Part shown: positions 9,733 to 18,965 of the stretch, one piece after another
Numbering within the stretch: position 1 is the stretch's first letter
Layout: each line of letters starts with the position of its first letter
Source of the DNA: Escherichia phage EI-SP-GF
Sequence record: OR992645.1
Strand: one strand, 5' to 3'
DNA: 64,000 nucleotides
Made by a program: the position numbers and the translations under genes
The notes under the pieces: generated by a model
What the model was told of the DNA's origin: nothing
Databases searched by the model: none
The model's input: only the letters and a program-made list of their open reading frames with translations

Positions 9733-11214
9733 TTACTTAGCATACTCGATTAATTCCACAGTTTTCCCAAAGCTCGGGATATAATTTTTATTATACCCTT
9801 CAGTGAGAACCCATAAAGTATCGTACTTTTTCCACTTGTTGTCAACAGCCTTTTGTTCAAAGTTATGCTCAAAGTAGAGGTCGGTAAGGACGATGACATC
9901 TTTTGCATTCGGTATGTTAGCATCCAGATACTCGAACACGCAGGCGGCTGTTGTGCCCCATGTTGAGTGGACCTCATAGTTGATCATCTCATCGATGTTA
10001 CCGCGAGTGTATACTTTAACCTCTCCAACCTCGGTTGACCAACAGAACATCGTAACCTTAAACTCTTTATACAAATTGCACAACCCGGTGATCTCATTGA
10101 ACATTTTCTTTAAAGTTCTTTGCGAGATCGATCCAGAAACGTCCAAAGCCACTACAATATCTATGGTGTTTTCCGGATTACGACCAGGAACAATAATGTG
10201 TTGATTCTTGTTTATAGCTCTAACTTTTCGCATTGTGGTGGTCAAAGACCCAGATCGGCGACCAGGTTTTCTGTAGGTTAGCTCGGCCTTTCGTTTAGAC
10301 AACATACGTTGCTTAATAATATCTATATAGTTGATTACAGGCTTGCCTCTGTTTTTGACAAACTCGCGCACCGCCTCAGGGCAACGACCTCCTGAAGCTT
10401 GCATTGCTGCTTCCAACATGTCACCAGAGTCCTGCATGGCCTGATCTTTATCAGATTGACTGATTACTGGTTGCGGCTGATCATACCCCATAGCCTTTCC
10501 AAGATCATCACTAGTGCCACCGTTCCCGCTCATGTGATCATCGGTTTGTCGTTTATCTCCTTGGGAGTTCTCGCCTTTACCATTCTTACTTTTACCGCTA
10601 TTCTGATCTCTTTGTTTATCAAGAACTGCATAGACGTTCTCAGCAATCCATCCATGAAACTTCATGTCGCAGTAGCAATTAGCTAAGAAGCCAAAAGGCT
10701 TACCTTTTACGAACTCAGTGCTTTTCCCCTTCGGGAAGAAAACACAAGGAGGCTTGCTAAAGTCAACCACAAGACCTGTGTTGATAACGTGATCACAAGC
10801 AATATTGAACAGTTCCGGCTCAAAGCTTTTACCACGGACCAGATGATCACAGATAATATGCCCCACCTCATGTGACAGAAGGAAGGCCACCTCTTTCACA
10901 GATTTTGGGGAATAGAAAACCTCAGCCATCTCAAACTGCTTGTCAGTCAGAGATGCTTTAAGAATGGTTTTACGCTCATCTGCCAACCCCATAATGAACT
11001 CAGGGCTGTAGTAGATGCGTTTATGGTCTGTTGCCATAGTGGAGCACCATGTGTGGTTTTCTACGAACTGCAACCCTGACAACAGTGTGCCATAAAACGG
11101 CAGCTTTTCAAGAAGGTACATGCGAGCGGCCTGCAGCATTCGCAAGGCATCATCTTTTTGTGCGGTAATGATTTCTGAACTTCTGCTATCCATTAAAACT
11201 CCAGAAGGGGCCAT
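9733..11214 (-). CDS. Fused putative zinc metallopeptidase / von Willebrand A-like domain protein (DUF2201-type)
   Basis: HExxH (LLSHEVGHIICDH) in N-terminal half; MIDAS-like DxSxS (IVVALDVSGSIS) in C-terminal half; Gly/Ser/Asp-rich linker. Confidence 0.75.
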   Translation of the reverse strand: MAPSGVLMDSRSSEIITAQKDDALRMLQAARMYLLEKLPFYGTLLSGLQFVENHTWCSTMATDHKRIYYSPEFIMGLADERKTILKASLTDKQFEMAEVFYSPKSVKEVAFLLSHEVGHIICDHLVRGKSFEPELFNIACDHVINTGLVVDFSKPPCVFFPKGKSTEFVKGKPFGFLANCYCDMKFHGWIAENVYAVLDKQRDQNSGKSKNGKGENSQGDKRQTDDHMSGNGGTSDDLGKAMGYDQPQPVISQSDKDQAMQDSGDMLEAAMQASGGRCPEAVREFVKNRGKPVINYIDIIKQRMLSKRKAELTYRKPGRRSGSLTTTMRKVRAINKNQHIIVPGRNPENTIDIVVALDVSGSISQRTLKKMFNEITGLCNLYKEFKVTMFCWSTEVGEVKVYTRGNIDEMINYEVHSTWGTTAACVFEYLDANIPNAKDVIVLTDLYFEHNFEQKAVDNKWKKYDTLWVLTEGYNKNYIPSFGKTVELIEYAK

Positions 11215-11226
11215 TGGCCCCTGTCA

Positions 11227-12216
11227 TTATTTAACGTGCTTGAAAATACCAGCCAACTCGGTCATTGTCATGCGAGTGGTCTTCATAAGGTCTGTCATAG
11301 CCTTCTCCATGATTGGAGATACTACCATGAAGTTACCTTTGGTGAAACCTTTGTTCCAGTCGGTAACTAATAGGGGTTTAAGTCCGGCACCGAGACGTTC
11401 ACCAGTTAAAGCACAACATTTTCGAATGTATGTGCTCTTAAACTGGCTGAATGACAGATCAACTTTCATACCTGCATCGTAGAACGTCTGGCAATAGAAA
11501 GTGTAAGCTTTGGCAATCTCAACATCGTCAGGCAGTGCAGGAACCTCTTCTGTAAGCTCTTCTTCGACCCCTTGAGGCTCTTTTTCCTCTTCGTAAGCCT
11601 GTTGCGTCATCTCTTCAATCTCCTCTACTACAGGCTCGTTTACAATGTCAGAAATGTGCTTGTTGGCTCCACGATTAGCCATGAAGTTTTTAAAATCCTG
11701 CATTGGTGACATATCTTCCTCCCATTCTTCGTCAAAGAGTGCTAGTTTATCCTCTTCCGTTCCATATTGCAAGATGAAATCTTCAAAAGTGTAATCACCT
11801 TTCAATTTCTCCATACGCTCTTCGCTCAGGTGGAGCATCATCTGCTGGACAATTTTTCGATCAGTTTTATCTTTAATCAGGACTGCGGTCTTTTTATCTA
11901 CCAGACAATCCTTTAGAGAGTTGCATCTCAATCCCACCACACAACAGTTATCAACCGCATAAGGACCTTCATCATCTATCCGCTCTAGAGATGGGTAGAA
12001 AGGATTTCCCAGTCCGTTTTCATCTGTGTGCATGTCGAAAGGTATAAGGGTATAGTCGCATACCCCCTCTCCTAAAAGTTTTTTACCAAATAGGAGATAT
12101 TCTTCCCATGACAGGTTGAACTCTATATCTCGTTTCCGTGCATTATTCTGTTTGCGTCTGTATTTTTTGAGCAAGCGCTCTAACTCTTCTGGTGTATAAT
12201 ATTTTTCAAGATTCAT
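11227..12216 (-). CDS. HNH_3-like endonuclease-family protein with acidic C-terminal half
   Basis: SLERIDDEGPYAVDNCCVVGLRCNSLK resembles the RID..GY..DN...N..K motif; start moved to ATG 12216 because a minus-strand promoter (12249-12277) lies inside the longer ORF. Confidence 0.5.
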   Translation of the reverse strand: MNLEKYYTPEELERLLKKYRRKQNNARKRDIEFNLSWEEYLLFGKKLLGEGVCDYTLIPFDMHTDENGLGNPFYPSLERIDDEGPYAVDNCCVVGLRCNSLKDCLVDKKTAVLIKDKTDRKIVQQMMLHLSEERMEKLKGDYTFEDFILQYGTEEDKLALFDEEWEEDMSPMQDFKNFMANRGANKHISDIVNEPVVEEIEEMTQQAYEEEKEPQGVEEELTEEVPALPDDVEIAKAYTFYCQTFYDAGMKVDLSFSQFKSTYIRKCCALTGERLGAGLKPLLVTDWNKGFTKGNFMVVSPIMEKAMTDLMKTTRMTMTELAGIFKHVK

Positions 12217-12248
12217 GAGTTGTCTCTTGTTCTCTGTGGGTGGAGAAA

Positions 12249-12277
12249 TCTTACCAAGCGCCTGGGGAGATGTCAAC
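12249..12277 (-). promoter_or_regulatory. Sigma70-like promoter (TTGACA-17-TAAGAT), minus strand
   Basis: Reverse complement of 12249-12277 reads TTGACA, 17 nt, TAAGAT; divergent from plus-strand promoter. Confidence 0.5.
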
Positions 12278-12289
12278 CTCAAAAACGTG

Positions 12290-12318
12290 TTGACTTTACT
12301 CTAAATCTCCGATATAGT
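12290..12318 (+). promoter_or_regulatory. Sigma70-like promoter (TTGACT-17-TATAGT) for the plus-strand replication block
   Basis: TTGACT 12290-12295, 17 nt spacer, TATAGT 12313-12318; AGGAG RBS and ATG at 12359 follow. Confidence 0.65.
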
Positions 12319-12358
12319 GCACCCATTCGAAAGAAAACTAACATAGGAGCACTTATTC

Positions 12359-13258
12359 ATGGCAAATCTTAACAGTTTTAGCACCAGGTGGCAACAGGAT
12401 ATAACAACCAATCTTTCAGCTGGAGATATCCTTTCTGCAATTTACGAGGCTTTGGATGATAAAGCTACTTCAAGATCGGTTTGTACTAATCCGCTAATTC
12501 CTATGGTGATGAAGGTAATTGAGCGGAGGTTGGTATCTGGGTCCGATAAGTGGACATACCTTGATAATGGAGGGCATACTTACTCCAACGGATATGTTGA
12601 TATAAAAGTGGAATACGCAGTATCATACCGCCGGAGCGGTTCTGTAACTTTCAACTTCTCTGGAGGTTTCCGATCTCTGGCAACTTCACCTTTTGTTTCC
12701 TCAGAGGAGAAGTATGAGCTGCCATTTCTTTGGATGATGGCTAACGCGACAGGAAAAACCCCCGTTAGCATCCGAGTAAAATACAACTACAACGGATCTA
12801 GTAAGATCTATGCCGAGAGTGTCTCAGCAAGTTTTTATTTTGTGATGGGGGATGGAATCCTCAAACATATAAAGATGTGCGATATGCATGATGTTATAAA
12901 TGAAGTGACTGATAAGAATGTCCTAGTGAAAGACCTCAATAATTTTTATACACCTGGAGACTATTACGTCAACCGCCCACTGTGCATCTTTAATGCCGCA
13001 CACCCTTTAGGTGAGTATTTGATCGCCAATAGCGATATTGCCAATAATCGCTTCGAGGTAGCAAGAGTACAGAATGAGGTGTTGACATCTTGCAAGAGCG
13101 GTGATAAGTTTACCGAAGAAGAGATGGGTGTTTTAGAGATGATGGGATATAAGTGTAGCCTTTGGGTAGATGAGGTGTTTAATGACGGCATCTATGGACA
13201 GGATATTTACCCACTAAAGAAGTATACTGATTCCAGTTTAATTTACGCGGAGATTTGA
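12359..13258 (+). CDS. Hypothetical protein
   Basis: 299 aa ORF with AGGAG RBS, first gene after promoter. Confidence 0.7.
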   Translation: MANLNSFSTRWQQDITTNLSAGDILSAIYEALDDKATSRSVCTNPLIPMVMKVIERRLVSGSDKWTYLDNGGHTYSNGYVDIKVEYAVSYRRSGSVTFNFSGGFRSLATSPFVSSEEKYELPFLWMMANATGKTPVSIRVKYNYNGSSKIYAESVSASFYFVMGDGILKHIKMCDMHDVINEVTDKNVLVKDLNNFYTPGDYYVNRPLCIFNAAHPLGEYLIANSDIANNRFEVARVQNEVLTSCKSGDKFTEEEMGVLEMMGYKCSLWVDEVFNDGIYGQDIYPLKKYTDSSLIYAEI

Positions 13259-13260
13259 CT

Positions 13261-13533
13261 ATGATGAAGTCATGTGGTAGTGTATATTATGTTGGTGAGA
13301 ATGTTCAGGCAGATAGTGTGTGGAAATCCATTAAGTCCACCACCGATGATGCCTTCTTGAGCGGGTTATGTTTCCCCAATCCTGGGGACATTCTCCCTCA
13401 CCCTGGGGATTTTGTTGTCAACAAGACAGACGGTTATACCGTGTGCCTGATGGTTGAAAAAATCTTTTTAGACACTAGACACAATCACCGTCTTGTGCTA
13501 AAATTTCAAGAATGTAAAATGACAGTTGCCTAA
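13261..13533 (+). CDS. Hypothetical protein
   Basis: ATG 13261 with GGAG RBS (track start 13255 is TTG). Confidence 0.5.
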   Translation: MMKSCGSVYYVGENVQADSVWKSIKSTTDDAFLSGLCFPNPGDILPHPGDFVVNKTDGYTVCLMVEKIFLDTRHNHRLVLKFQECKMTVA

Positions 13534-13545
13534 GGAGGCCTATCA

Positions 13546-13902
13546 ATGTCTAAAGTTACTTATCGTGCAGCTATTTACTGCAATGAGCAACCAATCAATA
13601 GTGATGGTCACTGCTTTTTTAAAGAAAATCAGTTGGGCTGTATTGCCCTCCCTGATGAAGGGGAAGGTTATATGATTGCATTGACAGGGTTTGAGCCTGA
13701 AGCCTTGGAAGCCAATCTGGACTACCTAGTAGAGAAGGGTGCTGCAGACTTGGTTGCCAATGGCCTCTCCATAAGCCTTGAAGAAGTGGAGCGCTTCATG
13801 GGCAATTACCGTGTAGTGCGTGAGTTCACTATCGAGGTGGAAACTCCAGAGTGGGGTAGCACTGAAACTAATGCTGAAGAAAAAGAAGAGGGGGTAGAAT
13901 AA
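13546..13902 (+). CDS. Hypothetical acidic protein
   Basis: AGGAGG RBS; 118 aa. Confidence 0.6.
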   Translation: MSKVTYRAAIYCNEQPINSDGHCFFKENQLGCIALPDEGEGYMIALTGFEPEALEANLDYLVEKGAADLVANGLSISLEEVERFMGNYRVVREFTIEVETPEWGSTETNAEEKEEGVE

Positions 13903-14159
13903 TGAAAGTGCAGATCTTGACTAATGCCGAGAAGATGTTTATCGAAGATACGCCTTTTGAAACTGGTGAGCTACAGTTTGTATATTTTGTTGACTTAGAT
14001 AAGGTTTTTCCTGCGCTGAATCTGGGTTTGGAGAAAGTACCTTATAAAACTCTATGCCAGGTTGTCCGTGCCTTAGCAGCAGATGGAGAGTTCCACACCC
14101 TTGAAGATATCCAGACCTATGGGTATCTTGAACTGCAACGAGAAGAAGAGGTAGACTGA
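13902..14159 (+). CDS. Hypothetical protein
   Basis: TAATG overlap with upstream gene; GGGGG RBS. Confidence 0.55.
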   Translation: MKVQILTNAEKMFIEDTPFETGELQFVYFVDLDKVFPALNLGLEKVPYKTLCQVVRALAADGEFHTLEDIQTYGYLELQREEEVD

Positions 14160-14161
14160 TA

Positions 14162-14542
14162 ATGGCCCAGTGGAAGACAACAGTTGACCTTCATGATCAG
14201 TGGTTAGGACGCATAACTGAAGACGGGAAACTGGTAGAGTGGGACAACAAGCATGTTAGCGAGTTGGCAAGTATTGTGGCTGGCAAGTTACGCTCCAAGT
14301 TCCCTGAACAACTGGATCCTGATAATTCAAAGTTCGATCCTGAGTTGGAGGATGTTGTATACTACTTCGATACCGTGGATGACTACGATGCGTGGCTTGC
14401 AGCACGGAATCTTTACCCGCAAGGCTCTGCTATGCGCCAGATGGAAGAAGATTATCCTCCGTGTGAGCAATTCAATAGCGCAATGACTTGCCTCTATGAT
14501 TGGGCAGATAAGAACCTTGTCTGGATTCGAACTGCATTCTAG
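14162..14542 (+). CDS. Hypothetical protein
   Basis: 126 aa ORF with GAGG RBS. Confidence 0.6.
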   Translation: MAQWKTTVDLHDQWLGRITEDGKLVEWDNKHVSELASIVAGKLRSKFPEQLDPDNSKFDPELEDVVYYFDTVDDYDAWLAARNLYPQGSAMRQMEEDYPPCEQFNSAMTCLYDWADKNLVWIRTAF

Positions 14543-14545
14543 TAG

Positions 14546-14851
14546 GTGGTGGCAGGGATGCCGCTTAGAAGAGTAATAAACATGTTATACCAGAAACACG
14601 AACTTTGTGCAGAAAAAGAGTTAAATTTTGACAAAGTTATCCACAGATATTGTTACGGGAAAACCGGAAGATACCTAAAAAGGTGGACTCCAGCATTCTT
14701 TCACCCCAGCAGGAGACTAAGCCCTGAAGAAGCAACAGCAGAAAGGGTTGCATACAACTGGGAAGTTGTGTACGATATTGACAGATCCGATGTGACATCT
14801 GTTTTGGAAAACTTTGAAAACACTTACACACAAGTAGAGGACTTTTACTAA
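14546..14851 (+). CDS. Hypothetical protein
   Basis: 101 aa ORF; start ambiguous (GTG 14546 or ATG 14558). Confidence 0.5.
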   Translation: MVAGMPLRRVINMLYQKHELCAEKELNFDKVIHRYCYGKTGRYLKRWTPAFFHPSRRLSPEEATAERVAYNWEVVYDIDRSDVTSVLENFENTYTQVEDFY

Positions 14852-16035
14852 TGTCAAGAAACGTATTTGAAAGTGGTCAAATCACTGTCCGTGAGTTGCC
14901 AGCTATTATTCAGTTTGCCCAGCGTCATAACCGATCTGTCCTGATTTTAGGACCAATGGGCGTGGGTAAGAGCCAGGTGATGAAGCAGATTGCCGATAAT
15001 ATGTTCGGTGAGCGAGATGACAACCTGGTTGACGTGCGACTGTCAGATAAAGATCCTGCCGACTTATCTGGGCTACCTATCCCTGTAGAAGCGGATGGAA
15101 CTACACGTACAGTGTTTGCAATTCCAGAATTTTGGCCTTCGGATCCGGACTGGAGCGGAATTATCTTTCTGGATGAGCTTACTCATGCAGATAATTACCT
15201 GCAAAAGGTTGCAATGCAGATTATGCTCGACCACAAGTGCGGCACCTATGCATTCCCTAAAGGCTCTGTTTTTGTGGCTGCGGGTAACCGTTCTACAGAT
15301 GGTGCGGTTCTTTCGGCGCTCGAAGCTCCTCTGGCTAACCGCTTTATCATTGTAGAGGTTACAAGCAATGCAGAGGTGTTTATTGAGGACTACGCATTCC
15401 TTAATGGGGTGCATTCCTCTGTAATTGGATATCTGAAAAGAGTTCCATCAGCTATCGATAATTATGAGGCTATGGCTGAGATTAATTGTCCATCTTTTGC
15501 CACACCGCGATCTTGGGTTGCTGCATCTGATATCTTGCACGATTTTGACAGCGGTATTATTTCTGACGCTATGGCCCGTGTTCTTCTGCAAGGTGCTATT
15601 GGTCACACTGCAGCGGTAGAGATCTGGACCTACCACACCAAGAAACGCAACTTACCGGAAATCGGTCGGATTATGGCAGGTGGTTGCAAAGAATACGTAG
15701 GTCCTAAGCAGCCAGACATCTTGTGGATTCTTGGATCTGAAGGTTGTATCGCTATTCGTAATATGATGGAAAATGCAAGTATCTCTGACGAAGATCTTGT
15801 CAGCTGCGTGGCAAACTTCCTCGATTTCCTTTGGGAAAACTTCAAGGACGAGAACCGAGATTTTGTATTCTCAGTCTTTATGGCGATGATGAAACCTAAC
15901 GCCTTAGGAAATGCCTTGCTTATCGGTAAAGGGCGTGACAAGATCGTTGCTCAACTGATCAAAGCGTACCCAAACCTGATGAAGATTGTAAAAGAGTTTG
16001 GTGAAGAGTTTAGCGCCATTTTAGCTAAAGCTTGA
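14851..16035 (+). CDS. MoxR-like AAA+ ATPase (AAA_5 type)
   Basis: Walker A GPMGVGKS, Walker B IIFLDELTHA, sensor AAGNRS; 394 aa. Confidence 0.8.
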   Translation: MSRNVFESGQITVRELPAIIQFAQRHNRSVLILGPMGVGKSQVMKQIADNMFGERDDNLVDVRLSDKDPADLSGLPIPVEADGTTRTVFAIPEFWPSDPDWSGIIFLDELTHADNYLQKVAMQIMLDHKCGTYAFPKGSVFVAAGNRSTDGAVLSALEAPLANRFIIVEVTSNAEVFIEDYAFLNGVHSSVIGYLKRVPSAIDNYEAMAEINCPSFATPRSWVAASDILHDFDSGIISDAMARVLLQGAIGHTAAVEIWTYHTKKRNLPEIGRIMAGGCKEYVGPKQPDILWILGSEGCIAIRNMMENASISDEDLVSCVANFLDFLWENFKDENRDFVFSVFMAMMKPNALGNALLIGKGRDKIVAQLIKAYPNLMKIVKEFGEEFSAILAKA

Positions 16036-16044
16036 GGAGGTTGT

Positions 16045-16425
16045 ATGGCTAAAGTAGGTAAGCGGGGAAACTACTTGGTGGTATTGACCGAGGAGCCGGA
16101 GAAGGAGTACGAATGCAGCTCCACTTGTGTGATCGATATCCGAGAAAAAGATGTGGATGAAATCTGGTTTAAAATACTGGACGCTTGCGACAGCAGTGAC
16201 TATTTCTTCATCTATGTCAACGATAAAGCTGGGTTCTTCCATGACGATGGGGAATTACCGTATGAAATTTATGAACTTGTAGAGGCTTGCCATCGTGGAG
16301 ATGCGGAGTTGTTTGGTCTACGGCTGAAAAGCGGTAAATTCTTCTATCAAGATGAATGCATGAATCTTCACAACTTCGTAGAGGGGACTTGCAACGATGG
16401 AGAGATTTTGGCACACTACGATTAA
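16045..16425 (+). CDS. Hypothetical protein
   Basis: GAGGAGG RBS; 126 aa; followed by terminator. Confidence 0.6.
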   Translation: MAKVGKRGNYLVVLTEEPEKEYECSSTCVIDIREKDVDEIWFKILDACDSSDYFFIYVNDKAGFFHDDGELPYEIYELVEACHRGDAELFGLRLKSGKFFYQDECMNLHNFVEGTCNDGEILAHYD

Positions 16426-16437
16426 TTTCTAAGACAC

Positions 16438-16467
16438 ACCCCCGCTTCGGCGGGGATTTTCTATTTG
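16438..16467 (+). terminator. Rho-independent terminator
   Basis: CCCCGC-ttcg-GCGGGG hairpin followed by ATTTTCTATTT. Confidence 0.65.
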
Positions 16468-16475
16468 GAGCTATT

Positions 16476-16976
16476 GTGAAAATTAAAATCTTTGCTATTA
16501 TTTTGAGCGCATTTTTATCGCTGCCTGTTGTTGCAGCACCAAAACAAAAAGTATATCACACTTGCAAGCCGTCGGATACTAAGGAAAACATTCTAGCATG
16601 CAATATCTACAGGGAGGCTAGAGGGGATGGCACGATGGGTATGCTGGCATCCGGATTTGCCACACTAAACAGGAAATCCCACCCCAAATACCCAGACACT
16701 ATAAGAAAGATTGTCTACCAACCTAACCAGTTTTCGTGGACAAACCACGGCAAAACTTTTAAGGTGACAGAAAAAGATTCATGGGATCACGCTAAAAGTC
16801 TTGCAAAGATGCTTCTAAAGGTCTATAATAACAACCATGTTGCATACATGGCTATGGATATAACAGGTGGAGCAACACACTACCATACAACAAAAGTACG
16901 ACCGAAATGGGCAAAAAAGATGCAGAGGACAGCTCAATTCGGGAGTCATATCTACTACAAGGAGCGCAATAAATGA
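16476..16976 (+). CDS. Secreted cell-wall hydrolase, SleB-like (Hydrolase_2 family)
   Basis: GTG start after GGAG RBS; N-terminal signal peptide VKIKIFAIILSAFLSLPVVAAP; NIYREARGDGTMGMLASGFATLNR resembles the SleB catalytic region; the track start 16356 would read through the terminator. Confidence 0.65.
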   Translation: MKIKIFAIILSAFLSLPVVAAPKQKVYHTCKPSDTKENILACNIYREARGDGTMGMLASGFATLNRKSHPKYPDTIRKIVYQPNQFSWTNHGKTFKVTEKDSWDHAKSLAKMLLKVYNNNHVAYMAMDITGGATHYHTTKVRPKWAKKMQRTAQFGSHIYYKERNK

Positions 16977-18955
16977 TTGTAAACAGCAATGAAACTAAAG
17001 CGGTGCTAACTGGGAATATGGAGGTAACCCGGGGATCAATTTCTCTGAACAAAGAGACTTTTGGGCTAATCATCAAAGGGATTTATGAAGATAAGGTACT
17101 GGCAAGCTGCCGTGAACCGATCTTCAATGCTGTGGACTCCCATGTTGAGTCTGGACGGGGTGATGTTCCGATCATCATTCACTCTCCTACAGACCTTGAA
17201 CCATACTTCTTTGTGCAGGACGTTGGATTAGGCATGTCAGAAGAGATGGTCCGCAACACCTTCATGAACCTCGGAGAGTCAACCAAGCGCAACAGCAACG
17301 CTCTGGTAGGCAATAAAGGTGTTGGTTCAAAGGCCCCGTTCAGTATGGTGGACACTTTCGATGTAATCAGTGTGCACAACGGTGTGGAAAGCACATACCT
17401 ATTGTTCTTAGACCAGGGTATCCCAAATGTCACCAAGATCCGTGAGCGGAAGACTGAAGAGCACAATGGGGTAAAAGTTCAGTTTCATGTTAAGAAAGAG
17501 CATGTTCTGAAATATCGTACCGCTATTGCATCATGCCTGCGCTATGCAAAATTTCCGTTCACTGTCACCGATCCGATGACGAGCAAGATGCTGGAGGGGG
17601 ACAAAGTAGAGGCGCAGTATCGCTACGAGAAAGATGGTTGGAAAATGACTATCCTGAAAGGTTATACCAGCTCTGATGAGAGCCGTGTTGTGATGGGTCA
17701 CCAACCTTACCGCTCTAAGTTCCTGGAGACATTGACCGATTACCCTGCAATCTGCGTGGAAATTCCTATTGGGGATTGCAATATTAACCCTGGGCGTGAA
17801 TGGACCATAGAGGGCCATGACGACGGTGGATTCCAGGATCGCCTGGAGGCCTTTGTCAAAGAAGGTATACGTCTTCGCGGGGCAGAAGTTGTTGCAGAAC
17901 TGGAGACGGCAAAAACCTCCGCAGAAGCACGTGAAATGATGAAGAATAGTGGGGTGTTCGGACACATCTTCGGTAAAAACTTTATGTGGAACCGTTGGGA
18001 AGAAACAGGACTTGGAGACTTAGGCGATTGTGAAATTTTCGCTGGCGGCTTAAATAAAGGCCGCATAGGCTATGCTCGTTATGGAAAGTCAGAGTTCTTA
18101 CGGGGAGTCTATTTAGTATTTAACGACGGAGACGGCAAATATAACCGAAATAAGTGTAACTACTTAAGCGAGATCACCGGACGCAACGTTTTCTATTGCC
18201 GTAACACGGATCTGGTGGAAGAGTTTAAAGAAGCGGCACACCACCCGTTCTTTGCAGATACGGTCAAATTGTTATCAGAGCTCCCTCGCCGACCTGTCAA
18301 GAAAGGTGAAACAAAAACTCGTTATGAGCCAGGCTATTGGGTTAAAAAACTTGAGAAGGATGGTTACTTCCGCCGTGAACGTATTACTAAGGCAGAGTTC
18401 CGGAAGATTAAACACTGCATCCCTTATGAGGGTGATATCCAACGTGGAAGTTGTTGGCTGGGGCAGATGAGTAACATCTACCAGCAAGATTATGACCGTG
18501 TACGTGCGGCACTTCAGATTCCTGAAGGTGAAGATCTGTATCTGGTATCTGAATCTCGTCTGCTTTGGACTGATCCTGATTGCCAGTATGTTACAGAGAA
18601 GAATGTGGAGCACCTGTTGAAAGAGGATGCTTGGAAATTCTTACTGACCCGTGCAGCAAATGAGACTTCTTATGACAGCCTGTATAGACAATTAGGGAAA
18701 ATTATTCCCATGCAAGATTTTGGAAATTATCGGCCACATTTCCACAAGTGGGAAGGTAACACCACGTGGAAGCACAGTGAGCTAAATCATCGTGCCAAAA
18801 TCTTAATCGCCAACCGAGTTAAATGCGGGAAGGCCTATATTGCAAGATTGGAAAAGAAATACCCACTTTTGAAGCATGTAGGCTTGAAATATTGGGACAC
18901 CCCTGCTATGATTGAATACCGTGAGCTGATTGATACAAAGAATAACACCAAATAA
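16973..18955 (+). CDS. rIIA: rIIA-like protein with N-terminal GHKL ATPase fold
   Basis: GHKL N-box EPIFNAVDSH, G1 box VQDVGLGMS, G2 box GNKGVGSKA; 660 aa, similar in size and position to phage rIIA. Confidence 0.65.
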   Translation: MIVNSNETKAVLTGNMEVTRGSISLNKETFGLIIKGIYEDKVLASCREPIFNAVDSHVESGRGDVPIIIHSPTDLEPYFFVQDVGLGMSEEMVRNTFMNLGESTKRNSNALVGNKGVGSKAPFSMVDTFDVISVHNGVESTYLLFLDQGIPNVTKIRERKTEEHNGVKVQFHVKKEHVLKYRTAIASCLRYAKFPFTVTDPMTSKMLEGDKVEAQYRYEKDGWKMTILKGYTSSDESRVVMGHQPYRSKFLETLTDYPAICVEIPIGDCNINPGREWTIEGHDDGGFQDRLEAFVKEGIRLRGAEVVAELETAKTSAEAREMMKNSGVFGHIFGKNFMWNRWEETGLGDLGDCEIFAGGLNKGRIGYARYGKSEFLRGVYLVFNDGDGKYNRNKCNYLSEITGRNVFYCRNTDLVEEFKEAAHHPFFADTVKLLSELPRRPVKKGETKTRYEPGYWVKKLEKDGYFRRERITKAEFRKIKHCIPYEGDIQRGSCWLGQMSNIYQQDYDRVRAALQIPEGEDLYLVSESRLLWTDPDCQYVTEKNVEHLLKEDAWKFLLTRAANETSYDSLYRQLGKIIPMQDFGNYRPHFHKWEGNTTWKHSELNHRAKILIANRVKCGKAYIARLEKKYPLLKHVGLKYWDTPAMIEYRELIDTKNNTK

Positions 18956-18965
18956 GGAGACAGTT

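Noticed and set aside
11200-11226. Hairpin AGGGGCC-attg-GGCCCCT between the vWA gene and the HNH-like gene, as a possible terminator
   Set aside because: No T-tract on the minus (coding) strand side, and the genes are co-directional only 12 nt apart; more likely a stability element or coincidence.
15073-15941. Minus-strand ORFs inside the MoxR ATPase gene
   Set aside because: They overlap a sense ORF with clear Walker motifs and are shadow frames.
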